A stretch of DNA of 64,000 bases from Candidatus Moanibacter sp. (GCA_965215885.1 CBDCEW010000081.1:1-64000); one strand, 5' to 3'. Positions 49,226 through 61,326 are shown, counted from the first letter of the stretch. A program made the numbers and translations. Notes: generated from the letters alone by a model not told the origin.

Positions 49226-52200
49226 TCAAGGGTGCGCACGCGCATACGGCCAAAAGAGGAGACGTGCGGCTCGCGTCCTACCACCCCGTAGTGCAGTCCG
49301 ATTGCGTCCATTCCGCGGTATTGCGGTCTCGTGATATCGGAGAGAAAGGGAATCCAGTAACCGGGAATCCTCGAATCCGGGAATCTCCTGGTACTCTCCC
49401 GTGTAGCGCGAAAGAGCCGTAAATTTCATTGGAACTCCGTCGAGCCACCAACGGTATCGCCCCGACGCCTCCCACCGTATCTTTAAATGGTATATCTTAT
49501 CGGAAATCGGAACCGGCTCATCGCAATAGGCCTGGTCGCCGGCGGCATGGAGCCTTTTCGTAACGTCACTGTAGACCGTAAAGGCGTACTCGCAAAAGAA
49601 CCTTCCGAAAATAATCCCTACTTTGACCGGCCAATTTGACTCGGCTACGGAATCAATACCGTCGAGCTGGTGTGTTTCGATGACAAACTCCTTTCGAACA
49701 TCCTCAGTCTTAAATTCGCATTCCAGCTCCCCGCTGGACAGAGATTGGGGCAGCTCTCCCGTGGTCCATCCGTATGGACTGGTTATCTCCAGCCAGCGAT
49801 TATCGACTGGGCGCGTCCGGGTTGCCTCCATGCGGTCATGCGGGTAACCGGGCGCCACCTTTGACCAGGGCTTCCAATGAATCGGGAAGACTTCCTCTTC
49901 CACTAGCCCTCGAACAAGTGTGATTGGAATATACCTAACGCAATAAAAAGCTCGAAACGCGCTTAGATACTGGGAAAACTGTTAATCGACCAAAAAAACC
50001 ACCCAGAAAAAAAGGACGTTTCGAGTGAAAAGAAGATACCGCAAGAACCTCCACAATAGCAAGAGAAGAATAAAGCATCGGCTTAGAAATCGGGGCTGGC
50101 CTGAACAGGCCAAACCGATGTTCAAAGCGAGCAACATCCACTACGAGACGGCCGAACGAGGCAAAGGGGTGAGTTGTGGAGGGATAGGAGCGATTCACCT
50201 GATGGTGAAGAGACTGGGGTTGGTGGAAGAGCTCGACCAGAGCGTGCAGTTGCTCAAGCGCCACCTGCCGTATCATGAGAGTGATCGTCAACTAGCCGAC
50301 AACGCAATTGGGAGGGATCCGGCTCGAAGACATCTTGCGCCGAAGGACGAGGTTTTTCTGAATGCCTTCCCGGATCCGACGACCTTTCACCCGACGCTTT
50401 GATGAAGGGCGATCAATTTGGAAGGGATCAACCGGATACGGCAAGGGGCTGGAACAAGCAGGCAAAAGGACATGGAGGATCATCGATGTGGACGGGACGA
50501 TAGCGCAGACGAGAGGGAAGTGCAAAGGGGGTATGGGAATAAGCTTAAGGGGATCTGGGGCTATGCACCGCTGATCGTGAGTTTGGCAAATACCAGGGAA
50601 GTGCTCTACATGGTGAATCGACCGGGCAATGAGACTAGCCATGAGGGATGCGTAAAGTGGATTGATCGGGCGGTGGACTTGTGCGTGCGCATGCGGGGAA
50701 AATCTGCTTGCGAGGGGATACGGACTTTTCGTTGACAGAAAACTTCGATCGGTGGGATGAAGAAGGAACGGGATTTATCTTCGGAATGGATGCGCATCCC
50801 AAAGTGGTGGGACTGGCCGAGGAGTTCAGAGAGACGGCCTGGAGCGACTGGAGCGGTTGCCCAAGCATGAAATAGCGACCGAATCGGAGCTAAAGCGCCG
50901 CGAGTGAAGGAAGGGATCGTCACCAGAAGGGTTTTGAAAACAAGGTGCTGGAGGCAGAAAGTGTGGCCGAGTTGGACTATGGCCCAACAAGTGCAAAAAG
51001 ACCTATCGGATGGTGGTGGTCGTAAGAACATCAGTGTGCAAAAGGGCGAAGTAGTGCTCTTTGATGAGATCCGCTACTTTTTTTATATCACAAATCGTAG
51101 GGACCTGACTAAGGAGCAGGTGGTCGCCTTTGCGAATCAACGCTGCGATCAGGAGAACGTTATTGAGCAACTCAAAAACGGGGTTAATGCGATGCGTATG
51201 CCCGTGGATGATCTTTTGAGCAATTGGGCCTATATGGTAATGACAGCATTGGCCTGGAACCTGAAGGCGTGGTATGGATTACTCATGCCCAAGGCCAGCG
51301 GGGGTTGGAGATCGTGAAGATGGAGTTTCGGCGCTTCCTTCACGCCATCATCTTGCTCCCCGCGCAAATCATCCGAAGCGGGCGCCGAATTGTTTATCGG
51401 CTCTTAAGCTGGAACGAGTGGATGGGAGATTTTATCAGCACCTGGGAGCGATTCCGATCTATGTGCCTGGGTAGCAGATCAAGTAACCGCGAACGCACAG
51501 CCACAACGGAAGGACTGTCGGCGTATCCCAAAAAGGGGACAGAACTAACGTTAAAACAGAACGGATATGATCAAAAAAAGCAAAACATGAAACCAGCCCA
51601 AGGGTGGCGGCGGCAAAACTACCGCCAGCATGGCAAATAACGTTAGGAATAACGAAGTTTCCTGTTCAACCTTTAAAGCGCTTATTTTAGGACTAGCGTG
51701 TCGTTCCGGTACTCACAATAATGACCCAGCCGGATTCTCAAGGCCGATGGCTTCCCGCGGAGTAGGGATGGATGCAGAATGCACGCAGCTCCAACTTGCT
51801 GATGTCCTGGCCATTCCCGATGAGTCCAATAGATATCGCCAGCGGATCATCATCGTCGAACGAGAAATCGAATGTCCTGTTTGTGAAATCAAAATTGTGG
51901 AATCCAAACCTATGTAGATCCGTCTCGAGACCGTAAGGAATCTGTGGCGGCGGAAAGGAGATTTTCGGGTCAACAAGACACCGTCCCCGGCACCAGGTGA
52001 TCGCTTTTCCCGTGTCGAATTTGGCGACCTCCTCTACCTTGAATCCATCATATTCATCGTCAGATTGCATGAGGCGGATCCAGCCGTCCCTATCGACCCG
52101 GCAATCGACCATGAGTTCATCGTCACTGTCGTAAAGACGAATGGCGTAGATCTTCCCGATATCGATTCTGTCTTCGCCGCCGAATCGCCAGACCTTTCCG

Positions 52201-52400
52201 GGAATGACTCTCATTCCCACCTCGACCTTTCCACGCCCGTCAGTAATCGGCTCTTTGAGAAAGCGGCAACATTCAATTCCCTCTTTGCCGACCCCCTCAA
52301 GGGAGCCGTCCATCACGAGATACCCGTCCCTGCCGAACTCGTAGGAGCCACTGTCGATGGTATCATGCCAGTTAAAATCCTGCGAAACGATTTCTTCCAT
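49226..52400 (-). pseudogene. Hypothetical protein interrupted by the IS1380 element and carrying an extra frameshift
   Basis: Excision at CTAG joins ...EYRNDTL|VEEEVFPIHW...; ORFs 51738-52400 and 49226-49903 flank the IS on the same strand. Confidence 0.6.
49907..51692 (+). mobile_element. Degenerate IS1380-family element
   Basis: CTAG duplication (49903-49906, 51693-51696), imperfect TIRs; fragments HLPYHESD, PDPTT, IDVDGT, GYAPLIVS, LRGDTDF, NQRCDQENVIEQLK in several frames. Confidence 0.85.
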
Positions 52401-52783
52401 TGGTATCTCCAGCTTGGCTGAATATGCTAATCTCTCTTTTGGGTAGTCCTCCTTCTCAGTGTTACTATTCGTCAGATCTTAGTTTCTTGAGCAAGTTTTT
52501 TCTTTCAAAGAAGTATAAGATGCTGGAATTCAAAGTGTTGTGATCGACAAGGTTCGCGACGAGGTTTCCAAGGGAAGTAGGAGTTTCCTTCTGCATTCGC
52601 GTCCATCTGCGTGTATTTGCGGTTCTCTTCTTCTTTTTTGGTTGCGGCTTTGCTGCTCTTGGATATATACGGACTGAATCCGTTTCCGGCCCGTCCTGAG
52701 CGTAGTCGAAGGAAGGCCACGGTTCACTCTGGCTCGATAGAACCTGTTTCGATGGGCGCGGTCCTACAAAAGAAGGCGTTGAC

Positions 52784-53342
52784 TCACTCCCCAATAACCC
52801 GCCTACCCGAAAGCAACCAATCCTCATCGAACGACACGTGCTCGATGTGGTGATAATTTTGCGAATAGAAGAGGTGCCAAATGCCATCGCTCGTTTGCAG
52901 AAGTTTCGGATAGCCGTAGCTACCGCTTTTGGCCTCAACGTCCCTTACACTCAGAGTCTTGCCCCCGTCACCGGATATCCCGACGGAGAGCGGAACTCGT
53001 TCCGCGTAGCTGTCGTTATACACGATCAGAAAGCTCTCGGATGTCCTGCTCAGGGAAATATCGATTCCGGAGCTCGGGTTTCTCAAATTGGTTTGCACCG
53101 GCGCTGAAAACGATTCGCAGTCATCCGTGGAGCTTGCCTTCCAGATATGTCCGGGCATAGGACTTTCGTATCTTGCTTGAAAGGAGAGGTAGCAGCAGGG
53201 CGCCGGCAATCCGCTGATCTTCACAGCTCTCATGTGTCGCGCAATACCATGTGACAAATATGCCACCATCCTCCAGCTCAATGGCGTTCGGCGCATGACC
53301 GAAAGGCATTACATTCTCGATTGATTCTCTTTGTGGTTCCAT
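52784..53342 (-). pseudogene. Internally deleted BNR/sialidase-like gene
   Basis: N-terminus HAPNAIELEDG..TWY joined out of frame to C-terminus STDDCESFS..NPSSGID..SGDGGKT..YGYP. Confidence 0.7.
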
Positions 53343-54925
53343 TATTTCATTCGCTCCGCCATATGTTCGGCGATCATTACCGTAGTTAAGTGAGTATTGG
53401 CGCGAGGAATCTCAGGCATGATCGAGGCATCAATGACGCGTAGTCCTTCAACGCCGATGACTCGGCAGTCCGGGTCTACGACGGAACGCACGTCATCCGG
53501 CGGCCCCATACGGCAAGTCCCGGAGACATGACTGGGCTCGCCGCAGTTTGTCAGGAGCCACTCTTCGATTTGTGCATCTTCGGCAAATTCTTCGATCCCT
53601 CGACCGGTACCGCCGACCTGAACCTTTTCCGCGATCGCCGCGAAAGCCGGATGCTCTGCAATTTCAATTGCCCTCCTTATGCCGTCACGCAATCGAACGA
53701 GATCGCGCTCGTCAGAAAGCATTCGCTCATCGAATTCGGGATCCGATTCAGGGTGCCGCGAAGTAATGCGCAATCGGCCCCGAGAGAAGGATTGGAAAAC
53801 GGAAAGAAAGATTGAACCCTTGGTCAGTGCCTTTTCGTCGATGCAGCCACCCCATATATTCTCGGAGACGAGAATCATGTCATTGGGGCCGGCTCCGGCC
53901 AGACCGGAGCTGTAGCGCACGCAACAGTTGTAGGGCCGCAGGTGAATGGATTCTGCTCTGGCTTCAGGTCGCAAAATGAGGGTGAGTTTTACGGCCGGAT
54001 GATCAAGCAGATTCTGTCCGACCGAAGGAGCATCAACGATGGAGTCAATGTTGAGGGCCTGAAGCTCATGGGCGGGACCGATGCCCGACCGCATCAGGAT
54101 AGCGGGGGAGTGAATCGCACCCGCGCAAAGCACGATCTCCGAGCCTGCGAAATTTGTCCACCCCTCGCTCGTGTAGACACGAATTCCGGAGGCGCGCCGA
54201 CTCTTTAATCCGTTGGAAGAACCGTTTTCGAATAGCACTCGGTCGACGAGCGCTCCTCCGACAATCTCCAGATTGGCGCGGCCGCGCGATGGCTCCAGAT
54301 ATGCGTCATTCGTCGAGACGCGTGCGCCATCGCGGGCGTTCATTGCGAAAGGCGAGACGCCTGTGCTCTCTGGAGCGTTATGATCGTCGGACCAGCCGTA
54401 GCCAAGATCGAGCGCCGCGTCCCGTAGTGCATGATCGACGGCTCCCCAATCTTCGATCGGTGACCGATAGATCGGGATGGGACCATCGCGGCCGTGGTAG
54501 GGTTTGTCCGCGAAGTCGAGATCGTCTTCGAGGCGAATAAAGGCGGGCAATACCTCCTTAGCCGACCAACCGGCGCAGCCGAGCTCGGTCCATGTGTCAA
54601 AGTCTTCGGGCGACCCTCGGATGGCGACCAGTCCATTGACGGCCGAGCTGCCACCCATGCCACGCCCCCGGGCGTAGTATCTCGGATCCTGTCTGTGAGT
54701 CCGCCGACCTCTGAGTTCGGGCCACCAGAATTTATCTAGGTACCTCTCCGATAGGGATATCTCGCTACCACGCAAGCTGCGTATCTCCGACGGTGTATTT
54801 ATTGAACGGTAGTTCGGGCCGGCCTCGAGCAACAGTACCGAGACGGAGGGGTCTTCCGAGAGGCGGGCAGCAAGTGTCGCTCCGGCGGAACCGGCACCGA
54901 CAACGATTATGTCGTAGCTCTTCGC
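53342..54925 (-). CDS. GMC oxidoreductase (choline-dehydrogenase-like)
   Basis: The frame stays open upstream of 54832 as KSYDIIVVGAGSAG; RGRGMGGSSAVNG, GAIHSPAILMRSGIG, HVSGTCRMG, ANTHLT. No ATG/GTG precedes the FAD motif. Confidence 0.85.
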   Translation of the reverse strand, partial: AKSYDIIVVGAGSAGATLAARLSEDPSVSVLLLEAGPNYRSINTPSEIRSLRGSEISLSERYLDKFWWPELRGRRTHRQDPRYYARGRGMGGSSAVNGLVAIRGSPEDFDTWTELGCAGWSAKEVLPAFIRLEDDLDFADKPYHGRDGPIPIYRSPIEDWGAVDHALRDAALDLGYGWSDDHNAPESTGVSPFAMNARDGARVSTNDAYLEPSRGRANLEIVGGALVDRVLFENGSSNGLKSRRASGIRVYTSEGWTNFAGSEIVLCAGAIHSPAILMRSGIGPAHELQALNIDSIVDAPSVGQNLLDHPAVKLTLILRPEARAESIHLRPYNCCVRYSSGLAGAGPNDMILVSENIWGGCIDEKALTKGSIFLSVFQSFSRGRLRITSRHPESDPEFDERMLSDERDLVRLRDGIRRAIEIAEHPAFAAIAEKVQVGGTGRGIEEFAEDAQIEEWLLTNCGEPSHVSGTCRMGPPDDVRSVVDPDCRVIGVEGLRVIDASIMPEIPRANTHLTTVMIAEHMAERMK

Positions 54926-55056
54926 CCCTCTTTACGTGAATTCATGGGCTAATGATTGTGAACGCCGGCGATGCAGAAGAGATGGGCAAGCATTGACAGC
55001 GTAAAGTGTCGTTTTCAATCTATGATTCTGTCAATTGGTTTACAGTAATAACACCT

Positions 55057-56375
55057 CACTACTGTCCGGTTGTTTTTCTAGGAACGCAGGTTAATCGATT
55101 GATAACCAACATTTTACATATGATTTCTGCTGTTTTCGACTTGAAATTGCAAAAAGCCTTGTGGACTCTCAAAAATTTCGAGGGTCCAAATCATGTATAC
55201 AGGTCGATTCGTTTTTTCTCAAATCATAGATTATCTTCCGCGCCATCAGTTCCATCGTTGCGTCCAACGCTACGGAGGCGACTACAAAGTTCAAAAGTTC
55301 AGTTGCTTCGAACAATTTCTCTGCATGGGTTTTGCCGAGTTGACCTACCGGGAGAGTCTGCGCGACATCGAAACCTGCCTGCGGGCAGTACAACCAAAAC
55401 TATACCACGCAGGGCTTCGAAGCGGAGTATCCAAAAGCACGCTCGCCGATGCCAACGAGAAACGAGACTGGCGCATCTACGCCGACTTTGCACAGGTCCT
55501 CATCGCAATGGCTCGTCCTTTGTATTCAAACGAGGATCTGGGCATCGACCTGGACAATACGCTCTACGCTCTGGACTCCACCACGATCGATCTATGTCTA
55601 TCACTCTTCCCGTGGGCACGTTTCCGCAAGCACAAGGGGGCGGTGAAGGTCCATACGCTTCTCGATCTCAGAGGCTCTATCCCTTATTTTATCGAGATTA
55701 CCGATGGAAAAGTTCACGACGTAAACATTCTGGATCTCATCATCCCCGAGGCCGGTGCTTACTATGTAATGGACCGAGCCTATCTGCATTACGAGCGCCT
55801 CTATCGGATCGCACAATGCGGTTCTTTCTTCGTCACACGCGCCCGCCGCGGCTTTCAGTTTCGCCGCCTCTACTCTCAAAAGGTCGACAAATCAACCGGT
55901 CTGCGTTCGGACCAGACCGTTGCCCTGGTCAGCTTCTATCCTGCCAAGGCCTACCCCGAAAGACTCCGGCGTATCACTTACCTCGACCCCGACAGTTCCG
56001 AGCGCTTCGTGTTTCTCACCAACCAGTTTGCCCTCCCAGCCATAATCATCACCCAGATTTACCGTTTACGCTGGCAGATCGAATTGTTCTTCAAATGGAT
56101 CAAACAGCACTTGCGCATCAAGAGCTTTTTCGGCACCTCCGAGAATGCTGTGAAGACTCAAATCTGGATTGCCGTCAGCGTCTATGTGCTCATCGCCATC
56201 ATCCGCAAACGCCTTCGCCTGGAGATCAGTTTGCACAAAATCCTACAGATTCTCAGCTTCACCCTATTTGAGAAAACTCCTATGACTGAACTACTTACAG
56301 AAACCGATTACACTTTCAATGAACACCGCATTCCTAAACAGTTGGAGTTGTTTGACTTATAACCGGACAGTACTG
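55057..56375 (+). mobile_element. IS4-family element (DUF4372-type N-terminus)
   Basis: TIRs CACTACTGTCCGGTT / CAGTACTGTCCGGTT; 9-bp direct repeat ATAACACCT (55048-55056, 56393-56401); right end duplicated to 56392. Confidence 0.92.
55193..56362 (+). CDS. IS4-family transposase
   Basis: LDSTTI, MDRAY, YRLRWQIELFFKWIKQHL. Confidence 0.95.
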   Translation: MYTGRFVFSQIIDYLPRHQFHRCVQRYGGDYKVQKFSCFEQFLCMGFAELTYRESLRDIETCLRAVQPKLYHAGLRSGVSKSTLADANEKRDWRIYADFAQVLIAMARPLYSNEDLGIDLDNTLYALDSTTIDLCLSLFPWARFRKHKGAVKVHTLLDLRGSIPYFIEITDGKVHDVNILDLIIPEAGAYYVMDRAYLHYERLYRIAQCGSFFVTRARRGFQFRRLYSQKVDKSTGLRSDQTVALVSFYPAKAYPERLRRITYLDPDSSERFVFLTNQFALPAIIITQIYRLRWQIELFFKWIKQHLRIKSFFGTSENAVKTQIWIAVSVYVLIAIIRKRLRLEISLHKILQILSFTLFEKTPMTELLTETDYTFNEHRIPKQLELFDL

Positions 56376-56437
56376 ATAACCGGACAGTACTGATAACACC
56401 TTACTTGCAAAAGGTAGGTTTGCGAGCGAGACGGGGC

Positions 56438-56542
56438 ATGTAGGACTGCGCTCGCGCAGGATGTGTAGCCGCGTCCGCAAGGACGCGGAGCGACGATCCA
56501 CGGTTAATGACGGAACGTCCGCGTCCTTGCGGACGCGGCTAC
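56438..56542. repeat. GTAG-type REP cluster
   Basis: GTAGCCGCGTCCGCAAGGACGCGG doublet, preceded by ATGTAGGACTGCGCTCGCGCAGGATG, which recurs at 59615-59640. Confidence 0.75.
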
Positions 56543-56668
56543 GCCCTCGGCTGATATGTGGGGCGAAAATTCCATTTCGATCACTAATTGACACGAGGTC
56601 ATAGCTTTCGGAATTCCAGTCGCTTAAACGGCTTGCGCAGAATGCAATTGTTGGAGAATGATTGAGCC

Positions 56669-57793
56669 ATGGTTATCAGATCGCCTGACCCAGCAATACT
56701 CCTCGAGGATGAAACGCTTCTGACCGACCCCTCTTCCCTTCCTGAAGCTCCGGGGCGGACGAGCACGGTCTACCGGGCGGAAGAGGGCGGCTTCCAGTTT
56801 AACCTGCACTCCTACCTGGAGCACTTTGATGGTTGTTTCTGGGCAATCTGGTCGTCGGGATTAATCGACGAGGACAGTCCCAGCCAGACCATTCGCTACG
56901 CCTCCAGCGAGGACGGGCACAATTGGAGTGAAAGTTCCGTGTTGACCGGGCCGCCGCAAGTGGAAGATGGCCCGGGCATCTGCATCGCGCGGGGAATTTT
57001 CGTCCACTGCGGAGCGCTCACAGCGCTCATCGCCTTTCTCGACCGCGATTGTGGATCAACGTGGGAGAACCGGGAAGCGTGGCCTCGCGGCTGGCCCGAA
57101 CGGTGGATCAACCTTCGCCTTATGAAATTTCAGCGGGACGGCGAGAGATGGGAAAAGGGGAGCGTTTTTCTCGACGACGCAATGAGTAATTATCCACCCC
57201 GAAGGCTGGGCGACCGGCTGTTCATGACGGTGCGCAACAGCTACGTAAAATTGCAAACCGCCCTGTCGGACACACTCGAAGGCGAGCTATGGACGCGGGT
57301 GATCCTTCCGGGAGAGCCACCGCACGACTTCCTTACGGAATGCAGCTGGTACGTGGACCCGGACGGGATCGTGCACCTGTTGGGAAGAGACGACCGGCAG
57401 AGCAAGTATCTTTATCATTCCACCAGTAGGGATCGAGGTGTCGCTTGGTCTGCGCCTGTAAGAACGAATTATCCCGATGCGATGAGTAAGAATTACAGCG
57501 GTCTCCTCTCGAATGGCTGGTACTATTTGATCAACAACCCGGTTAGAGAGGGCTTCACGACATGCGATCCGCTCACCATCTCATTGAGTCGAGACGGCTG
57601 GTCCTTTGCCCACCCGAAGAATCTGCGTCGGCATGCTCCACCACAGCGATTTACAGGTAGGGGAAAAGATGAGAACAGCTTTCAATATCCACACGCCCTT
57701 GAGCACGAGCAGTCACTTTGGGTCATCTACTCGACGAACAAGGAGGATATCGAAATCAGCCAATACGACATCGAGCGGTTGGTGCCGGGGTGA
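56669..57793 (+). CDS. BNR/Asp-box sialidase-like protein
   Basis: SEDGHNW, SRDRGVAW, SRDGWSF, FQYPHA; paralog of 60086-61210. Confidence 0.8.
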   Translation: MVIRSPDPAILLEDETLLTDPSSLPEAPGRTSTVYRAEEGGFQFNLHSYLEHFDGCFWAIWSSGLIDEDSPSQTIRYASSEDGHNWSESSVLTGPPQVEDGPGICIARGIFVHCGALTALIAFLDRDCGSTWENREAWPRGWPERWINLRLMKFQRDGERWEKGSVFLDDAMSNYPPRRLGDRLFMTVRNSYVKLQTALSDTLEGELWTRVILPGEPPHDFLTECSWYVDPDGIVHLLGRDDRQSKYLYHSTSRDRGVAWSAPVRTNYPDAMSKNYSGLLSNGWYYLINNPVREGFTTCDPLTISLSRDGWSFAHPKNLRRHAPPQRFTGRGKDENSFQYPHALEHEQSLWVIYSTNKEDIEISQYDIERLVPG

Positions 57794-57957
57794 GTGGAGA
57801 TGCGGGATGCGGGGGCGGGATGCGGTTCAGAATAGGTGTGCGAAGTTTCGTGGGGAATCGGTAAAAACATGGCCTTGATCGTGGATTGGGCACGTGATTA
57901 CGGCTGCATGTACTGTGAGATATCAAGGCGGCATGAAAAAAGGAAAGGGAGAAATGG

Positions 57958-58647
57958 TTGGCCGAGGTGGGGACATGGGAAGGCCGAGACCTGGTGGGCG
58001 GAGTCGACGTCTGGCCATGGGTCGACTGCGAATGTGTGCTAGTCGATTACGAACTGGTTCTGGAAGCGCCGTTCTATTTGAATACCGCCGGCCTTGGCGA
58101 TATTCTCTGCGAGTATGCCGGGCTGGTAGAATGGCGGTGGAGAGCTCGCAACGGCCAGGGCCCGCCTTTTGATGAGGCAATGACGGCTCCCGTTATACGT
58201 TACCATGAAGAGCTCACTCGGAATTTCGAGGAAACGCTCGATGGAGGAGGCAACCTGACGGTCGGGAGCGTGCAGAATATCATGAGACGACTACAGGAAC
58301 GGGATTCCAAAGCTCTCCGACACCCGGCTGCGAAGAGTGGGGACCATCCTTTCTGGATGGCTCTGGAAATGCTGAATGACCGATCATGGATTCATGGAGA
58401 GGTCGTCGCCTTGGGCGCACTGATTATCGCCTGGCACGGAGATGGGCAGCCCGAAGATCTGATTGGAAGGCTGGACCGATGCAAGGTGCGTCGCCGGCCA
58501 GACAAGATAGGTCTGAGCCGCGAGCAGCTGCGTGCCGGACTGGCATTCGTACCCGGATATTTGGAGGCTCGGGAGATCGACTCAATATTTCGCCACAGGC
58601 CGATTACGGGAGAGAGGTTCGAAGCGCTTTGGGATTTCCTAGAGTAG
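57958..58647 (+). pseudogene. C-terminal part of a glycerol-1-phosphate-dehydrogenase-like (Fe-ADH superfamily) protein
   Basis: VLVDYELV.EAP..LNTAGLGDIL, SGDH, HGEVVALG; the N-terminal NAD-binding part is missing or degenerate. Confidence 0.6.
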
Positions 58648-58694
58648 AAATCTTTGTTTGCCTTCGAGGTACCCTTTTCTATCTTGAGGACGGA

Positions 58695-59438
58695 ATGAGC
58701 GAAAGAAAGACATTCTTCGAAGAGAACGGCTACCTTATCGCGAAGAGTGTATTTTCTTTGGAGAAAATCGGAGCTCTGGAAGAGGACTTTGATCGGATTG
58801 TTCAGCAGCTCGAGAGGGGTGATGATGACGAAGCCCGAGCCAAGGGAAATATTCACACCCAAAATCCTCACCAATACTCCGGTAGATGGATGGCGGCGCT
58901 GCTGGAAGGAGGATTTCTCGATATTGTTGAAGGGCTGATCGGTCCCGATATCGTGCTCAGTCATTCCAATCTGACGGAGAAGAGAAAGAGCATCAACCGA
59001 TCATCGATTGAAATGCACCAGGACTGGAGCTACATGGCGACGCTTGAGAACACTCTAATCACCGGCATGATCCACGTCAGTGAGGCTTCGAAAGAAATGG
59101 GTTGTCTCAGGGTCTTCCCCGGGTCGCATCAAAGGGGACGAATGAAACAATCCAAAAGGAAAGATACCTCATTCCAAGAGCGGTATCCCATAGAGGGCGC
59201 CACCCCGCTTGAAGCTGAGCCGGGCGATGTCACCTTCTTCCACTATTTCATGGTTCACGGATCGATGCCGAACCTCTCGGAGAAGCCAAGAAAAACTGTA
59301 ATTGTCCGGATGCTCTCGGGTCGGGATCGAATGGAAGATATCTATGGGTCCAGCGAGAATCTTGTATTGCGTGGATTTAACTATCACACGACGTTCGGAA
59401 CGGCGATGAAGGGAGTGGTGAAAGTTGGGGAGAAGTAG
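58695..59438 (+). CDS. PhyH-family dioxygenase
   Basis: FFEENGYL, MHQDW, GCLRVFPGSH, HGSMPNLSEKPRK; SD GAGG before ATG 58695. Confidence 0.9.
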   Translation: MSERKTFFEENGYLIAKSVFSLEKIGALEEDFDRIVQQLERGDDDEARAKGNIHTQNPHQYSGRWMAALLEGGFLDIVEGLIGPDIVLSHSNLTEKRKSINRSSIEMHQDWSYMATLENTLITGMIHVSEASKEMGCLRVFPGSHQRGRMKQSKRKDTSFQERYPIEGATPLEAEPGDVTFFHYFMVHGSMPNLSEKPRKTVIVRMLSGRDRMEDIYGSSENLVLRGFNYHTTFGTAMKGVVKVGEK

Positions 59439-60085
59439 ACGCGGCCTTTTCCAAAGAGGCGTAGCTGCAACCAGAGAAGAAGAGGGGGAGAAATTGAGAC
59501 GGGGAGATGGGAAAGCAACGAATAAAAGGACTGCAACGAATGGGGGGCAACCCTCCCCGATCCCGCTCAACGGGACACACCTCCAAGGAGGAGATTTCCC
59601 AACGGTAAAGCAGAATGTAGGACCGCGCTTGCGCGGGATGAACCAGGTTTGAATTTCGATCGGTGATTATCCTCCGCCCTTCGGCGAGGCTCAGGGCCTC
59701 CGGCAGGCGGAGTCCTACATCCTTCGGCGTTCAATGTGACATGAAAATCAAGGACATACGAGCCTTCCCCATCGACCTCACGCCGAGCATCCAGACAGAG
59801 CCTCGGGTTGAAACCCGAGGCTTCGCGACCATGCCCGTTCCGGGCAATCTGGCCAGACACGTGATTTTCAGTCGCTGAGGGTTCGGTGATCCACGCTTAA
59901 GGTAACGCCAATGCGCTTAGCGGGACTACACAGTCTGATCCAGAACGTAGCGAAAAGCGGCAGCTTTTCGATCTCTGTGAATATTCGAGAACGAGGACGA
60001 GCGCCAGAAAAAGAACTCTGTCTGATCCTCCCAGCGGGCAACTTTCGCCGACGAAAGGTCTGAAAATCAAATCAGGATTTCCGGA

Positions 60086-61210
60086 TTAGAGATCCCGGCA
60101 GAGGTCCTCGAGCGAAAATTGCGAAAGCTCAATGTCTTCTTTGTTTATTGAGTAGATGACCCAGAGCGATTTGTCGTGCTCGAGCGCGTGCGGGTAGGAA
60201 AATCCGATATCCTTGGCGCGTCCTTCGAACCGGCGGGCAGGAGCGCCCGCCCGCAGCAAGCGTGGATGCGCAAAGGTCCACCCATCCCGGCTGAATGAAA
60301 GACCCAATGGATCCCGACTCTCAGCTGTTTCTCGAGGGCGTGGAGATTGCTTCGGATTATTGATCAGGTAATAGAGACCGTTACTCAGGCGTTGGCTGAA
60401 ATTCTTGCTCGTAGCATCGGGATAATCTGTCTGCACCGGTTGCGTCCACGTTTTCCCGCCGTCGCGGCTTAGCGATCGGAAAAGGAATCCGCCCCAACCC
60501 TTATCGCGAAATATCAGGTGAACGATTCCATCGGGATCAAGATACCAGCTGGGTTCACTCATCGGGTGTTCAGGAGTCACTCCCGGAAGAAGCGAAACCT
60601 GCCAGATGTCACCCGACAGATCCTCAGAGAGTGCCGTGTACATCTTTCCTCCATCTCGACGCAGGGTCATAAAGAGGCGGCTGCCGATCGGACGGGGCGG
60701 ATAGTTGTTCAGTGCATCTTCCAGGATGACGCTGTCAAGTTCCCAGTCGGTTCCGCTCCAGAGATAGCGTTTAAGACGGCTGGTTGAGGCAGTATCAGGG
60801 TTATCTTTGGGATCGCGCTCATACACCAGCGCAGTCAGAAGCCCCCGAATTAAAAAGATTCCCCGGGCGATGCACGTCGCCAAGCCCTTCTCTGAACTGG
60901 ACGGCTCGGCCAGAGTTTCCGGTGCCGTCCAATTGTCCCCGTCAGCACTTCGAGAGTATCGGATAATCTGTCCGGGACGATCTTCATCCTTAAATCCTGC
61001 GGACCACATGGCCCAGAATTCGTCCTCGTATCGAGAAATGTAGGGATGGTGGGCATACAGGCGATCGCCCTCGGCCGCTCGATAAACGACACTTGTCTTT
61101 GAAAGAATCAGTGCGCAATCAGCGGGCGATTTCCACGCATCCGGATCATTCAGGAGCAGTGTGGGATCCTTACCGCTTGGCGAGGGTCGAATCCTTCGGT
61201 CAGAATTCAT
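60086..61210 (-). CDS. BNR/Asp-box sialidase-like protein
   Basis: SADGDNW, SRDGGKTW, SRDGWTF, FSYPHA. Confidence 0.8.
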   Translation of the reverse strand: MNSDRRIRPSPSGKDPTLLLNDPDAWKSPADCALILSKTSVVYRAAEGDRLYAHHPYISRYEDEFWAMWSAGFKDEDRPGQIIRYSRSADGDNWTAPETLAEPSSSEKGLATCIARGIFLIRGLLTALVYERDPKDNPDTASTSRLKRYLWSGTDWELDSVILEDALNNYPPRPIGSRLFMTLRRDGGKMYTALSEDLSGDIWQVSLLPGVTPEHPMSEPSWYLDPDGIVHLIFRDKGWGGFLFRSLSRDGGKTWTQPVQTDYPDATSKNFSQRLSNGLYYLINNPKQSPRPRETAESRDPLGLSFSRDGWTFAHPRLLRAGAPARRFEGRAKDIGFSYPHALEHDKSLWVIYSINKEDIELSQFSLEDLCRDL

Positions 61211-61326
61211 ACTATTTGTGAAACGATTAGAATGTGCGAAAAAAATGCCGAGAATAAACCCTTCGCGCGACTTTGTTTACGAAATCATCGGCCCCGACCA
61301 AATTGAACAGAACTCCAGTTCAGCGG

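Noticed and set aside
55006..56271. 421-aa ORF overlapping the IS4 transposase
   Set aside because: Alternative-frame shadow with no recognisable motifs that crosses the IS boundary.
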